Notes: generated by a model from the letters alone, not told the origin. A DNA stretch of 62,675 nucleotides, filler included, from a bacterium (GCA_030615855.1; 5 parts of 5 records of this genome joined end to end with filler, not necessarily neighbours in it); one strand, 5' to 3'; positions 49,643 through 58,463 are shown, numbered from the whole stretch's first letter. Made by a program: numbers and translations.

Positions 49643-50437
49643 TTACTCCTGCTTGGCTTTTAGTCTTTGAATACGTCTCTGGGCATTTTTAACTTCTTCA
49701 CTCTCAGGATAGATTTCTATAACCTTTTGATAAGCCTGCATTGCCTGATCATACATTTTTAATTTTTCATACCATTTCCCAATCTGATATTGATTGCGGC
49801 TAGCGTATTCTTCCACAGAATAATTATCTATTACTTTTTGACTTTCCACTATTGCCAGTTTATATTTCTTCTGTTCCGCATAGAGGACAGCAATGCCAGA
49901 CTGGGCCAGAGCAGCAGCTTCACTTCCAGGGTAGTCGGCTATAACCTTTCGGAATTTCTCTCGGGCCTGTTTATCTCGTCCCAGTTTACCATAGCACATT
50001 CCAATCGTAGCCTGAACGAATGCTTTAAAGTCACCTTTGGAGAGTTTATCAACAGATTTTTCAAGTTGCTTAAGTGCTCGCCGGTGTTTATCTAAGTCCA
50101 AGTAAGCTATTCCCAGACTAACTGAGGCAAGTGCAAGGGCACGTCTTTCTGGACAGTTTTTAATAACTTCGCGATACACTTTTATTGCCTGCTTTGGCTT
50201 GTTCAATTCCCTATAACATAATCCAATCTGAATTTGTACAGCATAGACGGGAAGTAACAGGCGGTCACGGAGTTCTTGATATGCCTCCATTGCTTCTTTG
50301 TATTTTTCTTCTTTATATAGCTTGTTGGCTTTTCTGGAAAGTTCTTTAGTCGGAGATAAGTCCTCAGCAGAAGTGGCTATTACAAATCCTATCATTAAAA
50401 TTGTCACTATGCTACTTTTTACTAATCCTCTGCCCAT
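49643..50437 (-). CDS. Secreted tetratricopeptide-repeat protein
   Basis: Signal peptide; repeated IG.CY......A...Y..VI..YP TPR units. Confidence 0.85.
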   Translation of the reverse strand: MGRGLVKSSIVTILMIGFVIATSAEDLSPTKELSRKANKLYKEEKYKEAMEAYQELRDRLLLPVYAVQIQIGLCYRELNKPKQAIKVYREVIKNCPERRALALASVSLGIAYLDLDKHRRALKQLEKSVDKLSKGDFKAFVQATIGMCYGKLGRDKQAREKFRKVIADYPGSEAAALAQSGIAVLYAEQKKYKLAIVESQKVIDNYSVEEYASRNQYQIGKWYEKLKMYDQAMQAYQKVIEIYPESEEVKNAQRRIQRLKAKQE

Positions 50438-50570
50438 TTTTCTATGCTCCTTTCATTTTTATTTAGATTTTTGTTTTCCCTCAAGAACAGAATTTAATAC
50501 TTTCAGATTAACTGGCAAACTATCCAGTATTCGCAACCATTTGCATTTTTTGATTCGCGTATATTCGCGT

Positions 50571-51041
50571 CTAGGCTTCGCCTTTAGCAATGGCCCTCAC
50601 CACATCCGCCTTTCCTACAATGCCTACGATCTTATTCTTCTCCATAACAGGTAGAAGATACTTTCTCTCTGTGGACATTAGAGTTGCGATATCCTCGATA
50701 TAGGTATCCGGTGTTATGGTGATTACTTCCTTGGTCATTGCTTCGGAGACCTTTTGGCCTAAGATCCTGCCCATCTCCTCCTCAAACCTCTTGGGGCTCT
50801 CTAAATAGATTACTCCTTCCAAAAGCTGGACCACAGTAGGAATATGAACCTTCTTATCTCTGATGATTAAATCCGCCTCAGTCACGATTCCCTTTAATTT
50901 ATTGTTTTCATCCACCACCGGTGCTCCGCTTATTCTATGATTTACCAGAAACTTCGCCACCTCCTTTATCGTCATATCATCTTTCACTGTTAATACTTCT
51001 TTAGTCATAATATCCTTTGCCTGTACCACCATTTTCATCAC
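50571..51041 (-). CDS. CBS-domain pair protein
   Basis: AKDIMT, ISGAPVVD, GIVTEADL and GIVG.AD motifs. Confidence 0.9.
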   Translation of the reverse strand: MMKMVVQAKDIMTKEVLTVKDDMTIKEVAKFLVNHRISGAPVVDENNKLKGIVTEADLIIRDKKVHIPTVVQLLEGVIYLESPKRFEEEMGRILGQKVSEAMTKEVITITPDTYIEDIATLMSTERKYLLPVMEKNKIVGIVGKADVVRAIAKGEA

Positions 51042-52717
51042 TCCTTTCTTAGGCTTTTGAAGGCCTGGGGTAGTTTCTCCAAAACATCAGAGGCAACGAG
51101 AGACTCCTCTCCCTTCTCTTGGGCAGCCAAATCCCCTGCCAGACCATGGAGATAGACTCCTGTCTTCGCTGCTTCTAAAGGTTCCTTTCTCTGGGCTAAG
51201 AAGGAACCGATCATCCCCGTCAGAACATCCCCCACTCCCGCAGAGGCCATCCCTGGATTTCCCGTGGGATTGATATAGGTGTTCCCTCCTGGATCAGAGA
51301 TGACTGTCCTTGCTCCTTTCAAAACAACGATCACTTTGTATCTTTTGGCAAAGTCGCCTGCAATCTTTATTCTATTCTCCTGTACCTCTTTTACTGTCTT
51401 ACTGATGAGCCTTGCCATCTCACCAGGATGGGGAGTAATTATGCGGAATGCGGAATGCGGAATGCGAGAATGTAGGAGAGAGAGGTGACCAACGAGGGCA
51501 TTAAGGGCATCGGCGTCAATGACCATGGAGAGAGAAATCTTTTTTATTAGATTCCTTACCAGTTGTTGAGTCTCTTTATCGGTAGATAGCCCAGGTCCAA
51601 GAGCAAGAGCATCTGCCTTTTTAGAAAATTCTATGATCTCTTTTTCTGCTTTCAAAGAAAGGGTTTTCTTTTTTGTCTCTGGTAGGGGTAAGGTCATCCC
51701 TTCAGTTAATTTAATCTCCATGATTTCATTCAGACTCTCTGGGATGCCCAGGGTGACTAAACCTACTCCACTTCTTAGAGCCCCAAAGCAGAGAGAGGCC
51801 GCCTGAGAAGTTAAGGTTGCAGCACCAGTCATACCCACACTTCCCGCAATGACCAAGAGGTGACCATAGGTTCCTTTATGAGTATCTGGCCTCCTCGGCA
51901 AAAAATAAGCGGAAATCTCTTCTTTAGCAATTAGGTTTACTTTAATCCTTTCATCCTCTAAGAATTTCTTGGGGAATCCGATGCGAGCTACCTCTAATTT
52001 TCCCACATATTCTGCTCCGGGATAGACGACCAACCCAATCTTGGGAAGACCGAAGGTTATGGTCAAATCTGCCCTTATTGCTTCTCCGGGGACCCTGCCT
52101 GTGCTTCCTTCCACTCCAGAGGGAATGTCCACAGAGACAATAGGTTTCTTCAGGGTATTGATAAACTTAATGATTTTTGCTTCTATTCCTTTAGGTGCTC
52201 CCTTTATTCCTGTTCCCAGAATAGCATCAACGATTAAATCTGACTTTTTAATTTCTTGTTTAAGTCTCTCTAATTTTCGAGAAGTATCTATCTCTATAAT
52301 TTCTATCCACCTCATCGGTGGATCCGCCAAAGAGGCGGATTCTTTTAGCACTCTTTTCAGATTGGTCTTCGGATCTTTCTTGAGTTCTTCCTTCTTTGTT
52401 AATAAGAATACCTTTACCCTTGCCCCGTTGGAAGTAATCCGACCCCGAAGGGGACGGATGCCTCGCCTCTGGCGAGGACTTCCAATGGGGTTTGCTTTTT
52501 CTTTTGCTAAAAGACGAGCCACTACCAGTCCATCTCCACCATTATTCCCCTTGCCACAGAAGATAGAGACCCTTTTCCCTTTAAGAGGTGCGTAGCAGGA
52601 TTTGATTACTCTGGCTACTGCTCTTCCCGCATTCTCCATAAGTTCTATAGAAGGAATTCCAGAGGCAATGGTCTTCCTATCAATCTCCCTCATCTCTTCT
52701 GCAGTGACAATCTTCAT
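51038..52717 (-). CDS. nnr: Bifunctional NAD(P)H-hydrate epimerase/dehydratase, with three repeat-derived in-frame insertions
   Basis: LMENAG, GKGNNGGDG, DIPSG, HKGTYG, DADAL, TPHPGE and G.GDVL motifs. Confidence 0.95.
   Translation of the reverse strand: MKIVTAEEMREIDRKTIASGIPSIELMENAGRAVARVIKSCYAPLKGKRVSIFCGKGNNGGDGLVVARLLAKEKANPIGSPRQRRGIRPLRGRITSNGARVKVFLLTKKEELKKDPKTNLKRVLKESASLADPPMRWIEIIEIDTSRKLERLKQEIKKSDLIVDAILGTGIKGAPKGIEAKIIKFINTLKKPIVSVDIPSGVEGSTGRVPGEAIRADLTITFGLPKIGLVVYPGAEYVGKLEVARIGFPKKFLEDERIKVNLIAKEEISAYFLPRRPDTHKGTYGHLLVIAGSVGMTGAATLTSQAASLCFGALRSGVGLVTLGIPESLNEIMEIKLTEGMTLPLPETKKKTLSLKAEKEIIEFSKKADALALGPGLSTDKETQQLVRNLIKKISLSMVIDADALNALVGHLSLLHSRIPHSAFRIITPHPGEMARLISKTVKEVQENRIKIAGDFAKRYKVIVVLKGARTVISDPGGNTYINPTGNPGMASAGVGDVLTGMIGSFLAQRKEPLEAAKTGVYLHGLAGDLAAQEKGEESLVASDVLEKLPQAFKSLRKE
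52424..52490. mobile_element. In-frame composite palindromic element within nnr
   Basis: CCCGTTGGAAGT...ACTTCCAATGGGG with two inner hairpins; flanks CTTGC/TTTGC; 67+5=72 bp, i.e. 24 codons. Confidence 0.7.
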
Positions 52718-52769
52718 CGTTTCCCCCGAAAAGAAGTTAATAAGTTGACTAGTTGATAAAGTAACATTT

Positions 52770-52874
52770 GGTTATGGTCAGGGTTACGATGCCCGTTTCG
52801 GCTACGTTATTCGGTTACGTAACCGTAACCCCTAAACGATACGGGCTTCGTTACCGTTACCTTTTGACCTAACC
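52770..52874. repeat. Terminal-repeat element, copy 3 (nearly empty)
   Basis: Same arms with a ~35-bp interior. Confidence 0.8.
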
Positions 52875-53287
52875 TATGGCTTGTTAACTTGTTTCCTTGT
52901 TAACTTGTTACTCTTCTTTATTGCTATGGCTTGAGCAATAGCATACTCTTTGGTATGGGACATAGATACCAGGACTTCGTCTATCTCTAATCTCTTGGCA
53001 ATCTCTTTAGTCTTTCCCACTAATCTAACTTCTGGCTTTCCATCATTATTATGAATTACCTGAATATCCTTCCATCTTACCCCTTTTCTCCATCCCGTTC
53101 CCAGGGTCTTCATCACCGCTTCCTTGGTAGCGAAATGGGCTCCATAGAACTGGTATCTATCCTTTTTCTTCTCTCCCCGAGCAATCTCTTCCTTAGTAAA
53201 GACTCTTTCTAAGAACCTACCATTATTATCGATGGCCCTTTTGATTCTTTCTATTTTAACAAGGTCTATTCCCACACCCTTAATCAT
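52874..53287 (-). CDS. acpS: Holo-ACP synthase
   Basis: GVGIDLV, FATKEAVMK.LGTG, GKP and SMSH motifs. Confidence 0.95.
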   Translation of the reverse strand: MIKGVGIDLVKIERIKRAIDNNGRFLERVFTKEEIARGEKKKDRYQFYGAHFATKEAVMKTLGTGWRKGVRWKDIQVIHNNDGKPEVRLVGKTKEIAKRLEIDEVLVSMSHTKEYAIAQAIAIKKSNKLTRKQVNKP

Positions 53288-53304
53288 CTCATTCTCCTCA
53301 TTTC

Positions 53305-53333
53305 AGTATACTATATTTTTCTTTAAGAAGCAA
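53305..53333 (-). promoter_or_regulatory. Sigma70-type promoter upstream of acpS
   Basis: TTGCTT-17 bp-TATACT on the minus strand. Confidence 0.55.
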
Positions 53334-53335
53334 AC

Positions 53336-53366
53336 AAAAAGCCTATCTTAAAAAAGACAGGCTTTG
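53336..53366 (-). terminator. Probable intrinsic terminator after nagB
   Basis: AAAGCCT.TCTT/AAGA.AGGCTTT hairpin with a T-run on the minus strand. Confidence 0.55.
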
Positions 53367-53409
53367 AGTCAGGTTAAAGTGAAACAAAGACTACGCGGAT
53401 TTTAAGGAG

Positions 53410-54372
53410 TTATCTCAGATCGCTTAGATAAATCTCTTTAGAAGACAGGATACTCTCTTTGCCTAAGATATCCTTTGCCGCTAGCTCATCAACAATATAG
53501 ATCATCTTTCCTTTCTTAGCATACTCTTGAGAAAAAGAGATAGGTAGATTGCAAGTTACTGGCCCCAGAAGAGAACCAGCGATGGTCTCTCTCTTTCTCT
53601 CCCCATTGGCTAAAAGGAGGATCAGGGGGGCCTCATAGACCAACCCGGCTCCCATAGAGACGGCATAGTGGGGGGATTCCTCTACACTGGAGAAATGGCC
53701 ATCCTTCACTGCATTCTGAATGGTATTCTCATCTAACTTAACCAGAAGCATCCTCTCTTCCAAAGGGATGCCACACTCATGGAAGCCGATGTGTCCCTTT
53801 TCTCCCACTCCTACTACCTGAAGGTCGATTCCCCCATAGGATTTAATCAATTCCTCATAACCATCCAGGATCTTTTCCTTAATCCAGGAGAGATAATCGC
53901 TGGGGGTAGTATCTGGAATCGAGACCGCTTTCCCAAAATCGGTTCCTTTTAATCCGTAATAGGAAGGATCGACTTTGTGGCTTTCCAATTCGTGAATTAA
54001 TCTCTCCTCTTTTACCTCAGTACCTTTCGGGATAAAGGTCTTAGCAAAAGGTGGCGTGAGTTTCTGAAAGAGTTGCTCAGACATAAAATGGACGTAGCTC
54101 TCCGGATGTCTGACCCTCTCTTCCGGGGTAGCCCCGGGTAATCCGACATATTCATCGAGGTTGAAGGAGACTATCCTCTGGGCATCGAAGAGATGCTGAC
54201 TGCTGGCGATAATATCATAGAGGCCGGTAGGAGTGCTTCCCGTAGCCAACCCCAGGACTATTTTTTCTTTCTCTTCACTGGGGATAAAACTCAAGATCTG
54301 CCCCAATACGATCTGGGCAGCCACCTGGCTCATCTGTTTCTTATCTTTAGTAATATAGACTTGAAATCCCAT
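53410..54372 (-). CDS. nagB: Glucosamine-6-phosphate deaminase-like protein with internal insertion
   Basis: LGLATGSTP, FNLDEYVGL and GGIDLQVVGVG..GHIGF motifs. Confidence 0.8.
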   Translation of the reverse strand: MGFQVYITKDKKQMSQVAAQIVLGQILSFIPSEEKEKIVLGLATGSTPTGLYDIIASSQHLFDAQRIVSFNLDEYVGLPGATPEERVRHPESYVHFMSEQLFQKLTPPFAKTFIPKGTEVKEERLIHELESHKVDPSYYGLKGTDFGKAVSIPDTTPSDYLSWIKEKILDGYEELIKSYGGIDLQVVGVGEKGHIGFHECGIPLEERMLLVKLDENTIQNAVKDGHFSSVEESPHYAVSMGAGLVYEAPLILLLANGERKRETIAGSLLGPVTCNLPISFSQEYAKKGKMIYIVDELAAKDILGKESILSSKEIYLSDLR

Positions 54373-54390
54373 TTCTACCTCTCTTGACTT

Positions 54391-55689
54391 TCATTCCTTT
54401 GTTCCCCTACCCTTGGCTTCCATGAAGATCCTCGTAATGGCTCGGGCCAACTTATCTGGCTCATGGCGCAGGTAGTCCTTGGTGCTCATGAGATTGGCCT
54501 TAGCTATTTTTAATCCCATCTTTTCTATCTTCTCCTCATCCACCACTACCTGGAAGGCCTTCTCCTCTTCATACTTTTTGGCAAGTTCTGGAGGACCCTG
54601 GCTGGTATTTACCAGAACATAGTCCAGAAACTTACTCTTAGTATGCCTATAGATGGCCTCTATATGGTCTGAGGCGGAGTAATTGTCCGTCTCTCCCGCC
54701 TGGGTCATGATGTTGCAGACGTAGATCTTAATGGCCCTTGAGTTCTTTATGGCCTCTATCATCCCTTTTGTTAAAAGGTTAGGCATCACACTGGTATAGA
54801 GAGAGCCCGGGCCGATAATAATTACCTCTGCTTCCTTTATGGCCTTCAGGGCCTCGGGATAGGAAGGAGCATCAGAAGGCAAAAGGGAGAGCTTCTCTAT
54901 CTCACCTCCCGCCTCAGGAATCTCTGCCTCCCCTTTTATTACTCTCCCGTCTTTCATCTTTGCCTGGAGAGAAACGTCGCTTAGGGAAGAGGGAAGGACC
55001 CGACCACGAATGGCCAATACCTTGCTGGTAGCCCTCACGGCGCTGGCAAAGTTCTTGGTCACTTCACGCATTGCGGTGATAAAGAGATTCCCAAAGGAGT
55101 GACCCTCCAGTTCGCTGGGACCTTTGAATCTATATTGAAAGAGATCCTCCATCAGGGGCTCGGTATCTGCCAAGGCCACCAGGCAATTCCTGATATCCCC
55201 TGGGGGAGGCATGCCGAAGTCTTTTCTTAATCTTCCCGAGCTTCCTCCGGAATCAGCCACAGTGACGATGGCCGTTAGATTAGAAGTATACTCCTTTATT
55301 CCCTTTAAGAGGCTGGAGAGGCCATGCCCCCCTCCAATGCCTACCACCCTCGGGCCCCTTCGCAGTTGCCTTTTCTCATAGACCACATCAACCAAATCCT
55401 TCTTTTCCTGGGGAGCGAAAAGGGAGTAGATGGATTTTAACAATCGTTGCAGGCCCAAGGCAATACAGATTACGCCTATAAAGAAAATAAGCATAACTAC
55501 CGGCCTGGTTACCAGGGCCTCAGAGAGAAAGATTCTTTCAAAACCTTTTACAAATTGGGGAGGCCTGGGAAGACGCAATAGGCCACCCAATCCCGTTCCA
55601 AGAAAGATAATCCCGACAAGTAAAAGGATTATCCACCTCTTAATGAGCATCCCGGGATAGAACCACTTCAATATCTTCTTTAATTTCAC
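54391..55689 (-). CDS. yvcK: YvcK/GlmR (CofD-like) family protein with N-terminal TM helices
   Basis: GGGHGL, VTVADSGGSSG, PPGDIRN, GHSFGNL and GPGSLYTS motifs. Confidence 0.92.
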   Translation of the reverse strand: MKLKKILKWFYPGMLIKRWIILLLVGIIFLGTGLGGLLRLPRPPQFVKGFERIFLSEALVTRPVVMLIFFIGVICIALGLQRLLKSIYSLFAPQEKKDLVDVVYEKRQLRRGPRVVGIGGGHGLSSLLKGIKEYTSNLTAIVTVADSGGSSGRLRKDFGMPPPGDIRNCLVALADTEPLMEDLFQYRFKGPSELEGHSFGNLFITAMREVTKNFASAVRATSKVLAIRGRVLPSSLSDVSLQAKMKDGRVIKGEAEIPEAGGEIEKLSLLPSDAPSYPEALKAIKEAEVIIIGPGSLYTSVMPNLLTKGMIEAIKNSRAIKIYVCNIMTQAGETDNYSASDHIEAIYRHTKSKFLDYVLVNTSQGPPELAKKYEEEKAFQVVVDEEKIEKMGLKIAKANLMSTKDYLRHEPDKLARAITRIFMEAKGRGTKE

Positions 55690-55873
55690 CTTATCAGACC
55701 TCCTTCAGTTAACAGCAGTTAATAACGGTTAATAAGGATGCCTTTCGCTAACGCTCAAGAACCTTGTTTCTTCGCTTCGCTCAGAAATAACAGTTGCGTT
55801 AAAGGTAACCGATATTAACCCCTGCCTGCCGGCAGGCAAGGATATTAACAGTTTTTAACCGATTTTAACCTAT

Positions 55874-56593
55874 CTATCTTCGCCTTTTGATAAGATTAAG
55901 CATCTCTTTGACCGCTTGCTTCATCCCCACCATTACTGCTCGGGCAATAATGTTATGGCCGATATTTAACTCCTCTATCTCGGGAATCTTGACTATTCGA
56001 GGGACATTCCGATAGGTAAGGCCGTGACCAGCACTTACCGCAAGGCCTAACTCTCGCGCTTCTTTGGCTGCTCTTGAAATGCGGGTGAGTTCTTTACCTT
56101 TCTTCTTCTTGCTTTTCGCTTCTGCATAGCATCCGGTATGTAACTCCACCATCTGAGCCCCTGTCTTAGTAGAGGTCTTGACCTGTTTTAGATCAGGGTC
56201 TATGAATAGACTCACCATGATATCTTTCTTCTTCAATCTCTTGACCGCCTGAGAAATCTTCCTCAAGTTTCCCGTTACATCCAATCCCCCTTCAGTAGTC
56301 AGTTCTTGTCTTTTCTCTGGTACCAGGGTAGCCTGATCCGGTTTTATTCTGCAGGCGATCTTTAGGATTTCTTCTGTTACCGCCATCTCTAAGTTGAGCC
56401 TCTTGACCTTTTTCCTTAGGAGTCTTACATCCCTATCCTGGATGTGGCGTCGATCCTCTCTCAAATGAACGATAATAGAGTCTGCTCCTGCTCTCTGGGC
56501 CAAGAGGGCGGCCTCTAAGGGGTCTGGCTCTGGGACCCCTCTGGCCTGCCTTACCGTAGCCACATGGTCGACATTTACTCCTAACCTAACCAT
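55874..56593 (-). CDS. pdxJ: Pyridoxine 5'-phosphate synthase
   Basis: LGVNVDHVAT, HLREDRRHI, ELTTEGG, AGHGL and ELNIGH motifs. Confidence 0.97.
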   Translation of the reverse strand: MVRLGVNVDHVATVRQARGVPEPDPLEAALLAQRAGADSIIVHLREDRRHIQDRDVRLLRKKVKRLNLEMAVTEEILKIACRIKPDQATLVPEKRQELTTEGGLDVTGNLRKISQAVKRLKKKDIMVSLFIDPDLKQVKTSTKTGAQMVELHTGCYAEAKSKKKKGKELTRISRAAKEARELGLAVSAGHGLTYRNVPRIVKIPEIEELNIGHNIIARAVMVGMKQAVKEMLNLIKRRR

Positions 56594-56965
56594 CTCTTTA
56601 CATTCCCAATTATGTGAAATTCGTCTTTCGTTTATCGGTTACCTGCCTGCCATCGCTACGCTCAGGCGTTAGCAGGCGGGCGAGGCTCGTGTAATTAGAG
56701 TATCAGATTACCAGAATACCAGATGGAGAACTTAGGTATCAGAGGGTCAGATTAAATCTGTTATTTTGAGCGAAGCGAAAAACAAGGTTCTTCGATGAAA
56801 TCGGAGGTTCTTATTCTGACCTTCTGACCATCTCATTCTGATACTCTGATGTTCTGATAGTCTATAAAAACGAGCTGCGCAACCGCCCCTCGCCGTTGGC
56901 TCGGGATACTTCACTTCGGCGAGGTATCCTGAACGAAGTGAAGGGCAACCGTATGACGTAACCTG

Positions 56966-58312
56966 TTAACTTAGTTTCTTTTTAATGACTTTGCTTATGT
57001 CTCGGGCAATGGTCTCAATCTCTTCTCTCTCTCTTCCCTCAACCATTACCCTGATAAAAGGCTCGGTGCCTGAAGGACGGACTAAAATTCTCCCGCCACT
57101 ACCGAGTTTCTTCTCTGCCCTCTCAATCTCTTTCTTAATCTCGGGAACTTTTAATGGGCTTTTCTTCTTCTTGACCCTGACGTTGATTAGAACCTGAGGG
57201 AATTTTTCCATAACCTGGGCCAGTTCAGAAAGAGGCTTATTCCTTCTCTTCATGATGGAGAGTATCCGGAGGGTAGTGATTATTCCATCTCCCGTCGTAT
57301 TATGCTCTAAGAAGATGATGTGTCCTGACTGCTCCCCACCCAAAGTTAGATTCTCTCTTAGCATTTTATCCAGAACGTATCTGTCACCAACCGGGGTTCT
57401 CAGAACTTCTCCGCCCATCCTTTCTAATGCTAAATCCAGTCCCAGATTACTCATCACTGTGGCCACCAGGGTCTTTTTAGGAAGTCTCTCCATCCTTATC
57501 AGCTCCTGGGCGCAGAAAGCCATCACCTGATCCCCATCGACCACCTCTCCCTTCTCATCTATGGGGATTACTCGATCCCCATCCCCATCAAGTGATATCC
57601 CAACATCTGCCTTCTCTTTTAACACCCTCTTTCGGGTTACTTCGGGATAAAGTGGGCCGCAGTTTTCATTAATATTTGTTCCATCTGACTTGTTATTCAA
57701 AACGATCACTTCTGCCCCGAGTTCCCTTAAAATCTGGGGTGCTACTTGGTAGGTAGCACCATTTGCACAATCGACTACTATCCTATATCCTCTGAGGTTC
57801 AAACCTCGATGGAAAGATTTTAGGACAAACCCCTCGTATCTTTTGGGAGCATCGTCAATAGGGCAGATCCTACCGATCCTCTTTCCCGTGGGGCGGGGTA
57901 CTTTTTTCTTCCTGAAGAGGAGTTCTTCAATCTTCTTCTCATAATCATCGGAGAGCTTAAAGCCCCTTCGGGAGAAGAACTTAATTCCATTATCATAATA
58001 TGGGTTATGGGAAGCGGAGATGACAATCCCAGCATCGGCCTTTAGAGATTTTGTGAGATAGGCGATGGCGGGGGTGGGAAGGATGCCCAATTTAAAAACA
58101 TCTCCCCCTGCAGAGGATATTCCACTAGATATGGCTTCTTCAAGCATGGGACCGGAAAGACGGGTATCGCGACCGATGGTCAGGGAGGCCTTCTCCGTAT
58201 CCTTCTTGAAGAAAGTAGCAGCTGCCTTCCCTAATTGAAAGGCGAGTTCTGGAGTCATGGGATGGAGATTGGCTACTCCTCTTATTCCATCGGTACCGAA
58301 AAGTCTACGCAA
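56966..58312 (-). CDS. glmM: Phosphoglucosamine mutase, probable TTG start at 58312
   Basis: LFGTDGIRG, SASHNP, DGDGDR, GGEQSGH and RPSGTEP motifs. Confidence 0.96.
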   Translation of the reverse strand: MRRLFGTDGIRGVANLHPMTPELAFQLGKAAATFFKKDTEKASLTIGRDTRLSGPMLEEAISSGISSAGGDVFKLGILPTPAIAYLTKSLKADAGIVISASHNPYYDNGIKFFSRRGFKLSDDYEKKIEELLFRKKKVPRPTGKRIGRICPIDDAPKRYEGFVLKSFHRGLNLRGYRIVVDCANGATYQVAPQILRELGAEVIVLNNKSDGTNINENCGPLYPEVTRKRVLKEKADVGISLDGDGDRVIPIDEKGEVVDGDQVMAFCAQELIRMERLPKKTLVATVMSNLGLDLALERMGGEVLRTPVGDRYVLDKMLRENLTLGGEQSGHIIFLEHNTTGDGIITTLRILSIMKRRNKPLSELAQVMEKFPQVLINVRVKKKKSPLKVPEIKKEIERAEKKLGSGGRILVRPSGTEPFIRVMVEGREREEIETIARDISKVIKKKLS

Positions 58313-58463
58313 GTTAGGCCTCACTTTCGTTCGGCAATCTTCACAGATTAGCACAGATTGACTAAACTGATTAGCACGGATTTAGAAATGAGAATCAGTG
58401 CTAATCCGTATCTTTTAATCTGTGCCCATCCGTGTGACTATTGAAATTCCGCTACCTCAAAAT
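58310..58463 (-). repeat. ~155-bp composite leader repeat, copy 2; fills the whole cdaR-glmM spacer
   Basis: Highly similar to 25159-25313. Confidence 0.9.

Noticed and set aside
58313-58354. GlmM N-terminal extension MLICEDCRTKVRPN with CxxC
   Set aside because: Translation of the repeat; the conserved protein begins at TTG 58312.
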